Source of the DNA: Archangiaceae bacterium
GTDB taxonomy: Bacteria > Myxococcota > Myxococcia > Myxococcales > Myxococcaceae
Length of the DNA: 34,502 bases
Assembly (NCBI GenBank): GCA_043750125.1
Contig: JAYVCD010000006.1
Location: forward strand, 1 to 34,502
Direction: 5' to 3'
Each line of letters begins with the position of its first letter. Within the stretch, counting starts at the first letter, position 1. The translations under genes were made by a program, and so were the position numbers. Under the pieces are notes generated by a model. That model saw only the letters and a program-made list of their open reading frames with translations, had not been told where the DNA came from and made no database searches. Shown one piece after another: positions 16,622-25,860 of the stretch.

Positions 16622-17488
16622 TTATGGAAGTTGCCTGACCATGTCCCCATACGTTTCGGGCCGGCGGTCACGAAAAAATTGCCAGGTGCGCCGAACTTCT
16701 TCGATCAGGTCGAAGTTCATCTCGGCGGTGATCAGCTCGTCTTTGTCCTCACTCGCGGTCGCCAGAAAGCTTCCCCGCGGGTCGACGAAGTAGCTGGTCC
16801 CGTAAAATTTGCCGATGTTCCAGGGCGGTTCGGTTCCGACCCGGTTGATCGCTGCCATGAAGTAGCCGTTGGCTACGGCATGGGCAGGCTGCTCGAGCTT
16901 CCAGAGGTATTGCGAGAGGCCTGCAACGGTGGCGGAAGGGTTGAAGACCACCTCGGCGCCATTGATCCCCAGCAGTCGGGCGCCTTCGGGAAAGTGGCGG
17001 TCGTAACAGATGTACACCCCCACCACGCCGTACTGGGTGCGGAAGACCGGGTAGCCCAGGTTTCCCGGCTTGAAGTAGTACTTTTCCCAGAAGCCGTTGG
17101 TCTGGGGGATGTGGTTCTTCCGGTACTTGCCCAGGTATTTTCCGTCGGCGTCGATGACCGCGGCGGTGTTGTAATAGACGCCGGCCATCTCTCGTTCGTA
17201 GAGGGGGACGACGATCACCATCGAGTACTTCTTGGCGTACTCCTGGAGGATCGCGGTGGTAGGCCCGGGGACCGCTTCGGCCGAGTCGCACCAGTTGGGC
17301 GTTTGCGCCGGGCAGAAGTACGGGGTGTTGAAAATTTCCTGCAGGCACAGCATCTGGACGCCGGCTTTCCCGGCCTTATCAATCCACGGGAGCGTCTTGT
17401 CGAGCATCGCCTGCACGATCTCTTTGACTGAACCCTCAGAGCGGGCGTTCGCGAGCTGAACCAGGCCACCTTTGACGATGCGCGCCAT
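16622..17488 (-). CDS. Nitrilase-family amidohydrolase, beta-ureidopropionase type
   Basis: Glu-Lys-Cys triad: CLQEIF, YRKNHIP, YICYDRHFPE; FWEKYYF, FNPSAT, FFRDRRPE. Near hydA. Confidence 0.88.
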   Translation of the reverse strand: MARIVKGGLVQLANARSEGSVKEIVQAMLDKTLPWIDKAGKAGVQMLCLQEIFNTPYFCPAQTPNWCDSAEAVPGPTTAILQEYAKKYSMVIVVPLYEREMAGVYYNTAAVIDADGKYLGKYRKNHIPQTNGFWEKYYFKPGNLGYPVFRTQYGVVGVYICYDRHFPEGARLLGINGAEVVFNPSATVAGLSQYLWKLEQPAHAVANGYFMAAINRVGTEPPWNIGKFYGTSYFVDPRGSFLATASEDKDELITAEMNFDLIEEVRRTWQFFRDRRPETYGDMVRQLP

Positions 17489-17540
17489 CTTCGAAACCTC
17501 TTTGGGCAGTTAAAAAAAAGCCGCCGAGACATACCACCCG

Positions 17541-18803
17541 ATGACTCAGTTGCCCGCCCCCAGATTTGGCCTACAACGGCCATTGATGACTCCCCGGGAG
17601 CCTACGGTCGACGACGTTGAGTTCCGCGCGTTGTACAAAAAGACGAAGTACGTGGTCGAGACCGCCGACGGTTGGTCGCTGGTCATCACCCGCTACCGCC
17701 CCATACCGCAGACGTTCACCCAGCCGCTGTTGGGTGAGCCGATTCTGCTGGTTCACGGGTTTTCGCAAAACCGCCACGCGTGGACGAGTGGGGAATTCGT
17801 CAAGAACCTGCTGTTCTTCGGGCTCGACATCCACATCCTCGAGCTGCGCGGCCACGGCAAGAGCTCGGTCGCCTTCCAGCTCGAGCGGTGCGAGCGGTTT
17901 GATCGACAGCCTCCTCCCGACCTTCAGTGGGATTGGGACATCGACAGCTACTTTCTGTACGACATTCCGGCCGCCGTGGCGGGCGTGAAGCGGATCACCC
18001 GACGAGACCGCGTCTTCTACGGCGGCCATTCGATGGGCGGAATTTTGGGGTACGGCTACGCCGGAATTCACGACGACTTCGAGGGGATTGTCACCATTGG
18101 CGCGCCGGCCGAGGTGGGCAAAGGCAGCTGGCAGCTCAAGGCGCTCGCTCTGGCCGGCCCGGGGATCAACGCCGCGGTCGATTTTTCGTTGTTGGGCCTC
18201 AACACCCAACGCGGGCTGTCGCATCTGGCCGGGCAAGCGCTGAACAAGCTCACCAAGAAGGTCGCCGGCGAAGCTCCCGCTCAGCTGTCGTACCGCTACG
18301 TGCCGGTTGACACCTGGCTGAAGCTCGCTGCGAGCGCGCTCGAATACGCCGAGAAGAACCCGGTGCTTGGGGCCGTCGCCAGCCGGATCAACTGGCTCGC
18401 CCGCCAGGATCGAATGGCCGCCACCGACATTCGGTGGTTGCTGCGCGAGGGCGGAGAGCGCGAGCCCCGAAAAGTGGCAGACCAGTTCTTTCGGTGGATC
18501 CGCAACAACGAGACGGTCTGCTACCGCACCGGGTACGACTTCAAGCGCGGGTTCTCGAAGATCAAGGTTCCGATGGCGATCATCTTCGGAGACCGGGACC
18601 CGCTGGCTTCGGTCGACTCGACCCGAATGGTCTATCGCGCGGCCAAGAGCGAGTACCTGTTGTGGCGGCCGGTGAAAGGCAACAGCCACATCGAGGTCAC
18701 CATGGGCCACGACGTGCGGCAGATTTGTTACGACATCAAGAATCTCGTCGAATACGCGAAGCAACATCGGGGACGGGTGCCGTCGCTCCCTCGAATCCGC
18801 TAG
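17541..18803 (+). CDS. Alpha/beta-fold hydrolase
   Basis: LLVHGF, ELRGHG, nucleophile GHSMG, GDRDPL, and late His (SHIE). The start may instead be ATG 17586. Confidence 0.88.
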   Translation: MTQLPAPRFGLQRPLMTPREPTVDDVEFRALYKKTKYVVETADGWSLVITRYRPIPQTFTQPLLGEPILLVHGFSQNRHAWTSGEFVKNLLFFGLDIHILELRGHGKSSVAFQLERCERFDRQPPPDLQWDWDIDSYFLYDIPAAVAGVKRITRRDRVFYGGHSMGGILGYGYAGIHDDFEGIVTIGAPAEVGKGSWQLKALALAGPGINAAVDFSLLGLNTQRGLSHLAGQALNKLTKKVAGEAPAQLSYRYVPVDTWLKLAASALEYAEKNPVLGAVASRINWLARQDRMAATDIRWLLREGGEREPRKVADQFFRWIRNNETVCYRTGYDFKRGFSKIKVPMAIIFGDRDPLASVDSTRMVYRAAKSEYLLWRPVKGNSHIEVTMGHDVRQICYDIKNLVEYAKQHRGRVPSLPRIR

Positions 18804-18885
18804 GCGGGGCCCCTGAGGACAGTGGGGATGATATCCACCGTGTGGAAAGTTGGTCCGGTGTAGGCGCGGAGTACCCTGTCGCTCA

Positions 18886-21054
18886 ATGAAGCTTCGAGCA
18901 GTCCCCCAGATTGTGGTGAGGCGTCTGGGCGCAGGGGTCGTTTTTTGCCTGGCCTTTGGCGTATTCGCCCAGGAACGGGTCACGCTCAATACGATCAGTC
19001 GGATCGAGGTGAAGGGGACGACAGTCGAGATCCAGGGCAGCCGCAAAGCGAGTTTTGCGACTTTCACGCTCTCGAAGCCCGCCCGACTGGTGATCGACAT
19101 CTCGGAAGCCGTTTTTGCAGGTGTCCCGGCAGAGATCCCCGTCTCGAACGGATCCATCAGCGCGATCAAGACGATCACCTATGGGTCGGCCTCGGCGTCG
19201 ATCGCCCGGGTCTTGATCGGGCTCGAGAAGGATCTCGAAGCGGACCTGGTGACCAACGGAAATGTGCTGATCGTCAAGCTGCCCGCCGGAGATCCCAAGG
19301 CCCTGGCTCGGGCCGAGGCGCTGGCGAAGGCGAAGCTGGCCGCAGACCCCAAGGCGCGCGCGGACGCTGAGCTCGAGGCGAAGACCCGGGCCGAAGCGGA
19401 AGGGAAAGCCCGTGCCGACGCCGATGCGAAAGCTCGGGCCGAAGCGGAGGCAAAGACCAGGGCGGGAAGCGAGGCGAAAGCGCGCGCCGAGGCCGAAGCC
19501 AAAACAGACGGCGACGCCAAAGCCCACGCTGAAGCCGATGCGAAGGTCAAAGCAGAGAAGGCTCGCGCTGACGCGGACACCAGGGCGAAATCGGACAGCG
19601 ACGCCAAAGCCCGAGTGGACCTCGAGACGAAGCTGCGGGCCGAGGCAGAGCAGAAGGCTCGCGCGGACCTCGAAGCAAAGGCCAAAGCGGACGCCACGGC
19701 CCAGGCTGCGTCGCGTTCCGAGCTCGAAGCGCGGGTGAAAGCCGAAAGCGAAGCGAAGGTCCGTGCGGAATACGAGGCGAAAGCCCGTGCCGACGCCGAA
19801 GTGAAGGCCCGCAAAGATCTCGCCGCAGCGGTGAAGGCCGAGACCCTGGCCAAGGCCCGGGCGGAGAGAGAAGCGAAGGTGCTCGCCCAGGTCGAAGCGA
19901 AGGCCAAAGCCCAGGCCGACGCCAAAGCCCGACAAGAAGACGCCCGAGCAAAGGCCGAGGCCGACGCCCTGGCGAGGGCCGAGGCGAAGGCACAGGCCAA
20001 GGTCCGCGCAGAGGAAAAGCAGCAGCTGATCGCGGACGCGAAAGTCGAAGCGGTCGCTAAAGCCAAAGAGCGAGCCGAGTCAAAAGCGGCTGCCGACGCA
20101 AAAGCGAAAGCGGCCGCCCAGGTGGCGGCTCAGGAACGCGCGGACAAGGCGACAGAGGCCGCGGCGGCTCGGGCCGAAGCTGCGAAAGAGAAGGTTGCTC
20201 GCAAGAAGGCGGACCTCGAGGCGAAGCTGGCGGCGGCCAAAGACCAGAAGGAAAAGCTCGAGGAAGCCAAACGGCAGACCGCCGAGGCCCAAAGCGCTTT
20301 GAAGGCGCGCGCCAAGGCGGATGCGGAGGCCAAACGCACGGCCGAAGCCGAACGAAAGGCGGATCAGGGCCGACAGGCCGCCGATGCCAAAGGCCAGGCA
20401 GAGACCGATCGGACTTTGAAGGCGGAACGGGTGGCCGCGGAAAAGGGTGCCGCCGAGGAACAGCGCATCGCAGATGCCAAGCGCACGGCCGACGGTCAGC
20501 GCATTGGTGAGGAGAAGCGCATTTCCGACGGGCGCCGCTCTGCCGACGAGAAACGGGTTGCCGACGAGAAGCGGGTTGCCGAGGAAAGGCGCAGCGAGGA
20601 AGCACGCCGATTGGACGAAGCGGCGAAAGCGGAGCGAGAGAGGAAAGCGATCGAACAACGTGGGACGCAAGTCGTGAAGGCCGAGCCGATTGCTTCCGTG
20701 AAGCCGGCGCAGGCTGCGAAGCGGTCAGGTCCTCCGGCTCGGGTCACCTTCGTCGGCTTCAAGCAGCAAGAGGGCATTGGCCGCGTCACCGTGCGGACCT
20801 CGGAAGTGGTTCGGTTCGGCGTCGGCGAAGATGCGCAACGCAACGTCGTCCTCTCGCTCGAGAATGCGCGGATCGGGCTGCCGAACAACGAACGCCTGCT
20901 CGACACCTCGTTTTTCGATACTGCCGTCGCTCGGGTCAAACCGGAAGAGACCGCCGATGGCAGCGTGAAGATCATCATTCAGCTCAAGAAGTCGGTCGGG
21001 TACCGCACGAGCCAGGACGGCACCGAACTCCTGCTCGAGTTCAGCCGGCCTTAG
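18886..21054 (+). CDS. Secreted protein with N- and C-terminal AMIN domains separated by a very long Ala/Lys/Glu-rich helical region
   Basis: Signal ending GVFA|Q. AMIN-like FTLSKPARLVIDI...ARVLIGL, and second AMIN-like VVLSLENARI..LLDTSFF...VKIIIQLK. About 450 aa of AKARAEAE-type repeats lie between them. Confidence 0.82.
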   Translation: MKLRAVPQIVVRRLGAGVVFCLAFGVFAQERVTLNTISRIEVKGTTVEIQGSRKASFATFTLSKPARLVIDISEAVFAGVPAEIPVSNGSISAIKTITYGSASASIARVLIGLEKDLEADLVTNGNVLIVKLPAGDPKALARAEALAKAKLAADPKARADAELEAKTRAEAEGKARADADAKARAEAEAKTRAGSEAKARAEAEAKTDGDAKAHAEADAKVKAEKARADADTRAKSDSDAKARVDLETKLRAEAEQKARADLEAKAKADATAQAASRSELEARVKAESEAKVRAEYEAKARADAEVKARKDLAAAVKAETLAKARAEREAKVLAQVEAKAKAQADAKARQEDARAKAEADALARAEAKAQAKVRAEEKQQLIADAKVEAVAKAKERAESKAAADAKAKAAAQVAAQERADKATEAAAARAEAAKEKVARKKADLEAKLAAAKDQKEKLEEAKRQTAEAQSALKARAKADAEAKRTAEAERKADQGRQAADAKGQAETDRTLKAERVAAEKGAAEEQRIADAKRTADGQRIGEEKRISDGRRSADEKRVADEKRVAEERRSEEARRLDEAAKAERERKAIEQRGTQVVKAEPIASVKPAQAAKRSGPPARVTFVGFKQQEGIGRVTVRTSEVVRFGVGEDAQRNVVLSLENARIGLPNNERLLDTSFFDTAVARVKPEETADGSVKIIIQLKKSVGYRTSQDGTELLLEFSRP
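20541..20585 (+). repeat. 18-bp tandem repeat (ADEKRV) inside the AMIN protein
   Basis: TGCCGACGAGAAACGGGT / TGCCGACGAGAAGCGGGT / TGCCGAGGA. Confidence 0.8.
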
Positions 21055-21069
21055 GTTCCAGCGCGCAAT

Positions 21070-23493
21070 ATGCACCTGGCGCTTCTCATTCTGGCGGCGG
21101 CGACCGCTCAACCGGCTGTCTTCGAATTGTCTGCTGAGCAGATCGTTCACGATGGACAGACTCGCCGCGCCTACGCGGAAGGAAACGCCGAGCTCTTCAC
21201 CACCGCGGCAGCCCTGCACGCAGACCGGATCACCTGGGATCACGATTCGAACTCGGCGACCGCCGTGGGCCACGTCGCGCTGCGTTTGACCGGCGGTGAT
21301 TTGCTGGTGGTGGTCGCGGACGTCCTCACGGTTCGTTTCGAAGACGATGAAGTTCGAGAGGTGTTCGTCAACGACGGCAAGGTGCTGAGCAAGAAAGGAA
21401 TCACCGCGGAAGCGCTGAGGGCGATCACCACTCCCGAAGGACTCAACGCGGCGGGCGAGACGACGATGTTGCTGATCGCCAACCACCTCGAGCGCGAGGG
21501 CAACGTGTGGCGGCTCGAGAAGCTCGAGCTCGTTCCGTGCGAGTGCAACTTCGACAAGCCGTCATGGTCGATTCGATCAGGCACCGCGACGATCGACACC
21601 TCGAACCAGCGCGCCTCGATGTGGGGGCCGACAGTGCGGGTGCACGGGGTCCCCGTCCTCTGGCTGCCGTGGATTTCGCTGCCGTTGTCCAATCGGCAAA
21701 CCGGGCTGCTGGTTCCCAGGCCCGGCTTCTCGGCCCTCAACGGCTTCTCGATCGAGCAGCCGGTGTTCATCACCCTCGGGCGCAGCTTCGATCTGAGCTT
21801 GACCCCGGGGTACTTCGGAGGAGGCGCCACTCTTCCAGGGGCTCTGACCGAAAAGCCCGACGGAGTCCGGGGGCCGCGCCTGCTCACCGAGCTGCGCTAC
21901 GCCACCGCGATCGGTACCAGCGGGAAGCTGAGCCTCGGTTTGCTGCTCGATTTGAAAAGCAATCGCAGTCCCGTCGACGCAAAGCCCCTGCCCGGAATGC
22001 GGGGGTTGCGAGGCGAAGGCTCGTGGCAGCACAGCCAGCAGCTGGGCTCCGGGTGGTTTGATCGGGTCGATGCGTCCTTCTTTTCTGACGCCTATTACCA
22101 GCGCGATCTGGTGTCCGACGTGCTGGCCCGCGAAGCCGGTTACCTGCGCTCGACCGCGACGGTGTTTCATCGCGGTCCGGATCATTGGGTCGGCCTCGAC
22201 GTGGGCATCCGGCAGGATCTTTCCGGGGGGTACCCGCTGTTCGGCCCTTCCGGTGCGGTGGCGCCTGAGCCGAAATACGGACCCAACCCGCTCCACCGGT
22301 TGCCGGCGATCACCTGGGCCATTCCCGAGTCTCGACTGCTCGGGCCGCTGAACTTCGGGCTGCAAGCCGACTTCGTTCGCCTCGCTCCAACGCGGGGACA
22401 ATCGGGCGATGAGGGGACGCTGGCCAACGAGGGACGCTCGGACGGGGTCAGCACCGAGTGCCTGCGACAGCGGCTTTACTGGTTGGGGGCCACCACCCCC
22501 AGCTGCGGAGCCGAGGTCGAAGAGTCCCAGGGCGATGGCGTGTGGCAGCCCGGCGAGCGCGAGGCTCGGCAGCGCTTTGGCGTGATGCCCCGGGTCTCGG
22601 CCAGCGTGCCAATGACCGTCGCGACCTTCACTGCCTATGCGGCGTGGCGACAGGGACTGTGGCTGGGCGAGCGCACCGGAACCGTCAGTCAACGGGGATA
22701 TCCGGTTTTGGGCGCCCGGCTCGATTCCGAGCTGTCGCGTTCGTTTGGAAGTGTTCGGCATGCCATCGCGCCCGGGCTCGAGGTGCGCAGCGTTCCGTTC
22801 GTGATCGGGTCGGCTCCGGCTCCGTACGACGAAGTCGACACCGCAATCGTCGGGACGACGCCTCAGCTGCAAGGGGTGGCCGAGCTTCGCCAGCGCCTGA
22901 CCCGAAATGGCGCGGACCTGTTGCGTCTGAATCTGGGGCAGGGAATGCAGTTGGGCCGCGGCAGTCCCACCCTGGGCGAGTCTTACGGAACCTTGAGCAC
23001 GGGGGTCGGCTGGCTCACGGCGACCTTCAACGCCCGCGTCGACCCCCTGCAGGCGCGGCTCACCCGATTGTCTGCCTTTGCTGCGATCGAAGACGGGCAG
23101 GGAAGGGGGGGCTTTGCTGGCTACGAGAACCTGATCAACGACGGCACCGACCGATCGCGAAGGCCCATCGATTTGCTGTTCGCTCCTCCCGCGCCCAGCG
23201 TCTACACCGGCCGTTCCCAGTCGGTTTCCTTCGGAGCCCACTGGCGCTTCGGCGGCTTCGGGGTCCGCTATGAGGCTCTGCTGCTCGATCAACGGCTTCC
23301 CGTCGTCGACCTGAAGATCCGCACTGCGCTCGCCCTCGCGCAGCACACCCTGGGAGCCTCTTACGCACCGGCCTGTGATTGCTTTCGCCTTGAAGTGACG
23401 GCCACTCAACGCGGCGGTCCGATCTACGGATTCCCAGACTTCGGAGCGACCCTGACCATTTCCCGCTTCGGGTCATTCGGGGTGGCCCGGTAG
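21070..23493 (+). CDS. lptD: LPS-assembly protein LptD
   Basis: OstA-like N-terminus (LSAEQI, AEGNA, LHADRITWD); PCEC..PSWSIRS; GVPVLWLPWISLP..RQTGLLVP; C-terminal YAPACDCF barrel strands. Confidence 0.88.
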   Translation: MHLALLILAAATAQPAVFELSAEQIVHDGQTRRAYAEGNAELFTTAAALHADRITWDHDSNSATAVGHVALRLTGGDLLVVVADVLTVRFEDDEVREVFVNDGKVLSKKGITAEALRAITTPEGLNAAGETTMLLIANHLEREGNVWRLEKLELVPCECNFDKPSWSIRSGTATIDTSNQRASMWGPTVRVHGVPVLWLPWISLPLSNRQTGLLVPRPGFSALNGFSIEQPVFITLGRSFDLSLTPGYFGGGATLPGALTEKPDGVRGPRLLTELRYATAIGTSGKLSLGLLLDLKSNRSPVDAKPLPGMRGLRGEGSWQHSQQLGSGWFDRVDASFFSDAYYQRDLVSDVLAREAGYLRSTATVFHRGPDHWVGLDVGIRQDLSGGYPLFGPSGAVAPEPKYGPNPLHRLPAITWAIPESRLLGPLNFGLQADFVRLAPTRGQSGDEGTLANEGRSDGVSTECLRQRLYWLGATTPSCGAEVEESQGDGVWQPGEREARQRFGVMPRVSASVPMTVATFTAYAAWRQGLWLGERTGTVSQRGYPVLGARLDSELSRSFGSVRHAIAPGLEVRSVPFVIGSAPAPYDEVDTAIVGTTPQLQGVAELRQRLTRNGADLLRLNLGQGMQLGRGSPTLGESYGTLSTGVGWLTATFNARVDPLQARLTRLSAFAAIEDGQGRGGFAGYENLINDGTDRSRRPIDLLFAPPAPSVYTGRSQSVSFGAHWRFGGFGVRYEALLLDQRLPVVDLKIRTALALAQHTLGASYAPACDCFRLEVTATQRGGPIYGFPDFGATLTISRFGSFGVAR

Positions 23494-23527
23494 CGCATCC
23501 TTGACGCAAGGGGCGCCCCTCTAAAGA

Positions 23528-25114
23528 ATGCCCCCCATGCCGATGCTCCTGCGTTTGTCCGCTTTGTCGATGGCGGTCGGGTTGTTCTCTTGTGGGGGGA
23601 ACACCGTCTCGACCCTCGAATTCGTCGACATCGCGCCCGCGCATCCGAGGCTCGGTGAAGTGACCGCCGTGAGGTTCCGCGTGCTCGACTACCGGGGCCT
23701 GCCTCAAGCCGGCGTCAACATCTCGTTCAAGCTTCAATCGCCGAACACGGGCATCAGCCTCCTCCCGGCCAGCGGCGCCACCGAAAAAGGCACGGGCATC
23801 TTCCAGACCCAGCTCGTCGCCACCTCGCGAGTCACTTCGGTGATCATCGTCGCGACCGCCGGTGACAAGAGCGTGCTCAGCCCTGCGATCTCGTTCGCAG
23901 GCTCGGCCGCAAGCGCGAAGCAGTTCACCTTTCAGTGCGGCTCGGTCTCCGGAATGGCTTCCGGGGGTGTGCATGCGCTGGGTGCCTACGACGAAGACCG
24001 CTACCTGATCGCCGGGGTGAAGACCGATTGTTTCGCCCACGTTGCGGACCGAAATGGCGACGGCGTGCCGGGCGCGTTGGTGTCCTTCCTGGCCGAGGCG
24101 GGCGCGATTGGGCCCAGTGAGACTTCGATGGTCGATGTCGTGGGCAACGCCAAGATTCTCTACAAGACCTCCTACCCCCTGCCCGTTGCGACCGACCCCG
24201 GAGTCTTCACCTGGCAGCCCACCTTCGACCAGGTTCACACCGGTGACTTCCTCGTCCCGCTGTGGATGGAGCCGTTTCGCTGGACCACCAACCCGATCAC
24301 CCAGTACGGCCAGGTGCCCAACCTGCAAGAGCCTCGACGCAAGGACCCGCTGCGCGCAGGGTTGAATCTGACCTTGAACCCTCGCGACAACCTGGTCTCG
24401 ATGATCGCTGTCACGTCTGGAGAAGAGGCGTTTGTCGACACCAACAACAACGGCGTCTGGGACGACCCCGAGCCCTACGACGACCTGACCGAGCCGTTCG
24501 TCGACAGCAATGACGACGGAACCTGGAACGAGGGTGAGCGGTACATCGACACCGACGGCAACGGGAAATGGGACGGGAAGAATCAGAAGTGGGACAGCAA
24601 CACCCTGATCTGGACCCAGGAGCGCTTGTTGTGGACGGGCCTGCCCAGCGACAAAGACACGGTGGGCTCCGAGCCGATCTTGCGCATCATCGACCCGGTC
24701 GGGCCGGTCTTCGTCCCCTTCCTCAGCTACTACGGCATCGACGACCCCGCGTACCCCGGCAATCGCATTCCCCTGGCGGCCAAATTCCTTCTCACTGACC
24801 CCTGGTTCAATTCGATCGCGCAGAACGGCGACGACGACGGCTGTGAGATTGGCGGCGACGACGACAAGTCTCCGGTCAATGCCGTTCCGAAGAAGACCAA
24901 CTCGGGCTTCCGGTTGACCTACCCGCCGTTCACCATCATCGGCTTCGGAATTCGTGACGCGCGAGATCCCAACGCACCCGTGGCGAACCAGGTGCCCAAG
25001 CGGATTCCGCCCATCGACTTCGGAGTGCCCCTCTTCTGCCACTTCACCGCCGCGCAGCAGGAAGGCTTCAAAGTGAAGATGGCGGTCGGCACCATTCGCG
25101 GAAAGGTGGAGTAA
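23528..25114 (+). CDS. Lipoprotein with Ig-like (invasin/Big-type) domains and DxNxNG calcium-binding repeats
   Basis: Lipobox LFS-C; VRFRVLDYRGLPQAGVNISF; ADRNGDGVPGALVSFLAEAG; EAFVDTNNNGVWD / EPFVDSNDDGTWN / ERYIDTDGNGKWD. The start may be ATG 23537. Confidence 0.78.
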   Translation: MPPMPMLLRLSALSMAVGLFSCGGNTVSTLEFVDIAPAHPRLGEVTAVRFRVLDYRGLPQAGVNISFKLQSPNTGISLLPASGATEKGTGIFQTQLVATSRVTSVIIVATAGDKSVLSPAISFAGSAASAKQFTFQCGSVSGMASGGVHALGAYDEDRYLIAGVKTDCFAHVADRNGDGVPGALVSFLAEAGAIGPSETSMVDVVGNAKILYKTSYPLPVATDPGVFTWQPTFDQVHTGDFLVPLWMEPFRWTTNPITQYGQVPNLQEPRRKDPLRAGLNLTLNPRDNLVSMIAVTSGEEAFVDTNNNGVWDDPEPYDDLTEPFVDSNDDGTWNEGERYIDTDGNGKWDGKNQKWDSNTLIWTQERLLWTGLPSDKDTVGSEPILRIIDPVGPVFVPFLSYYGIDDPAYPGNRIPLAAKFLLTDPWFNSIAQNGDDDGCEIGGDDDKSPVNAVPKKTNSGFRLTYPPFTIIGFGIRDARDPNAPVANQVPKRIPPIDFGVPLFCHFTAAQQEGFKVKMAVGTIRGKVE

Positions 25115-25139
25115 GCGCGAAGCAGTCGCCCTTGATTAC

Positions 25140-25153
25140 TGATTCGAGAATCA
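25140..25153. promoter_or_regulatory. Palindromic operator candidate for the adjacent TetR regulator
   Basis: TGATTC-GA-GAATCA, just downstream of -35-like TTGATT (25132-25137) and 14 nt before the TetR ATG. Confidence 0.6.
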
Positions 25154-25167
25154 ATATGCCTTGAGGC

Positions 25168-25860
25168 ATGGCGGAAAAGCCGTTGGCGCAGCAGTCGATT
25201 CGGGAGCAGGACCGCCGGAGGACGATTCTCCGGGCTGCCGTCGAGGTTTTTTCCAAGAAGGGCTACCACGGCTGTCGCATTGCGGACGTAGCGCGCGAGG
25301 CGGGGGTCGCCTACGGGCTCGTCTACCACTACTTCAAAAACAAGGACGAGCTGCTGGAGTCGGTTTTCACCAGCGGGTGGGCCAGCTTCGTCGAACGACT
25401 GACCGAGGAAGTCAGCAAAGGGGCCACCTTCGAGGACCGGGTGCGGGGCGTCGTCGGGGTCGCGTTCGAAGCCTACAAACGGGATCCGCGGGGCGTGAAG
25501 GTGTTGATCCTCGAAGTGGGCCGCAGCCCCTCGGGCGGAGCGGTCAATCGCGGCAGCGCCTTCTCTGACGTCATTCGATTGGCGGCCCTGCTGTTTCAGG
25601 AAGCCAAAGAGAAGGGGCAGGTGAAGCCCGAAATGGATCCGCTGCTGGCGGCGACGATGTTGTTCGGCGCGATCGAGATGGGGTTGACTGCTTTCGTTCT
25701 CGGGCTGCTCGACCGGAAGGACGATTCGGTGCTCGACCGCGCCCGCGATCAGGTGGCCGAGACGTTCTTACGGGGTGTGGTTCCGCTTGGGGCAGGGGTG
25801 GAAAAAACATGGACGAACGCGAAGTCACCTACGAAATCCAGGGCCCAGCGGCGCGCCTGA
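25168..25860 (+). CDS. TetR/AcrR family transcriptional regulator
   Basis: ILRAAVEVFSKKGYHGCRIADVAREAGVAYGLVYHYFKNKDELL HTH. Confidence 0.95.
   Translation: MAEKPLAQQSIREQDRRRTILRAAVEVFSKKGYHGCRIADVAREAGVAYGLVYHYFKNKDELLESVFTSGWASFVERLTEEVSKGATFEDRVRGVVGVAFEAYKRDPRGVKVLILEVGRSPSGGAVNRGSAFSDVIRLAALLFQEAKEKGQVKPEMDPLLAATMLFGAIEMGLTAFVLGLLDRKDDSVLDRARDQVAETFLRGVVPLGAGVEKTWTNAKSPTKSRAQRRA

Noticed and set aside
18886-21054. Calling the A/K/E-rich protein TolA or PilQ
   Set aside because: No TonB/TolA C-terminal domain, no tolQR or pilMNOP context and no secretin domain; similarity is compositional or AMIN-only.
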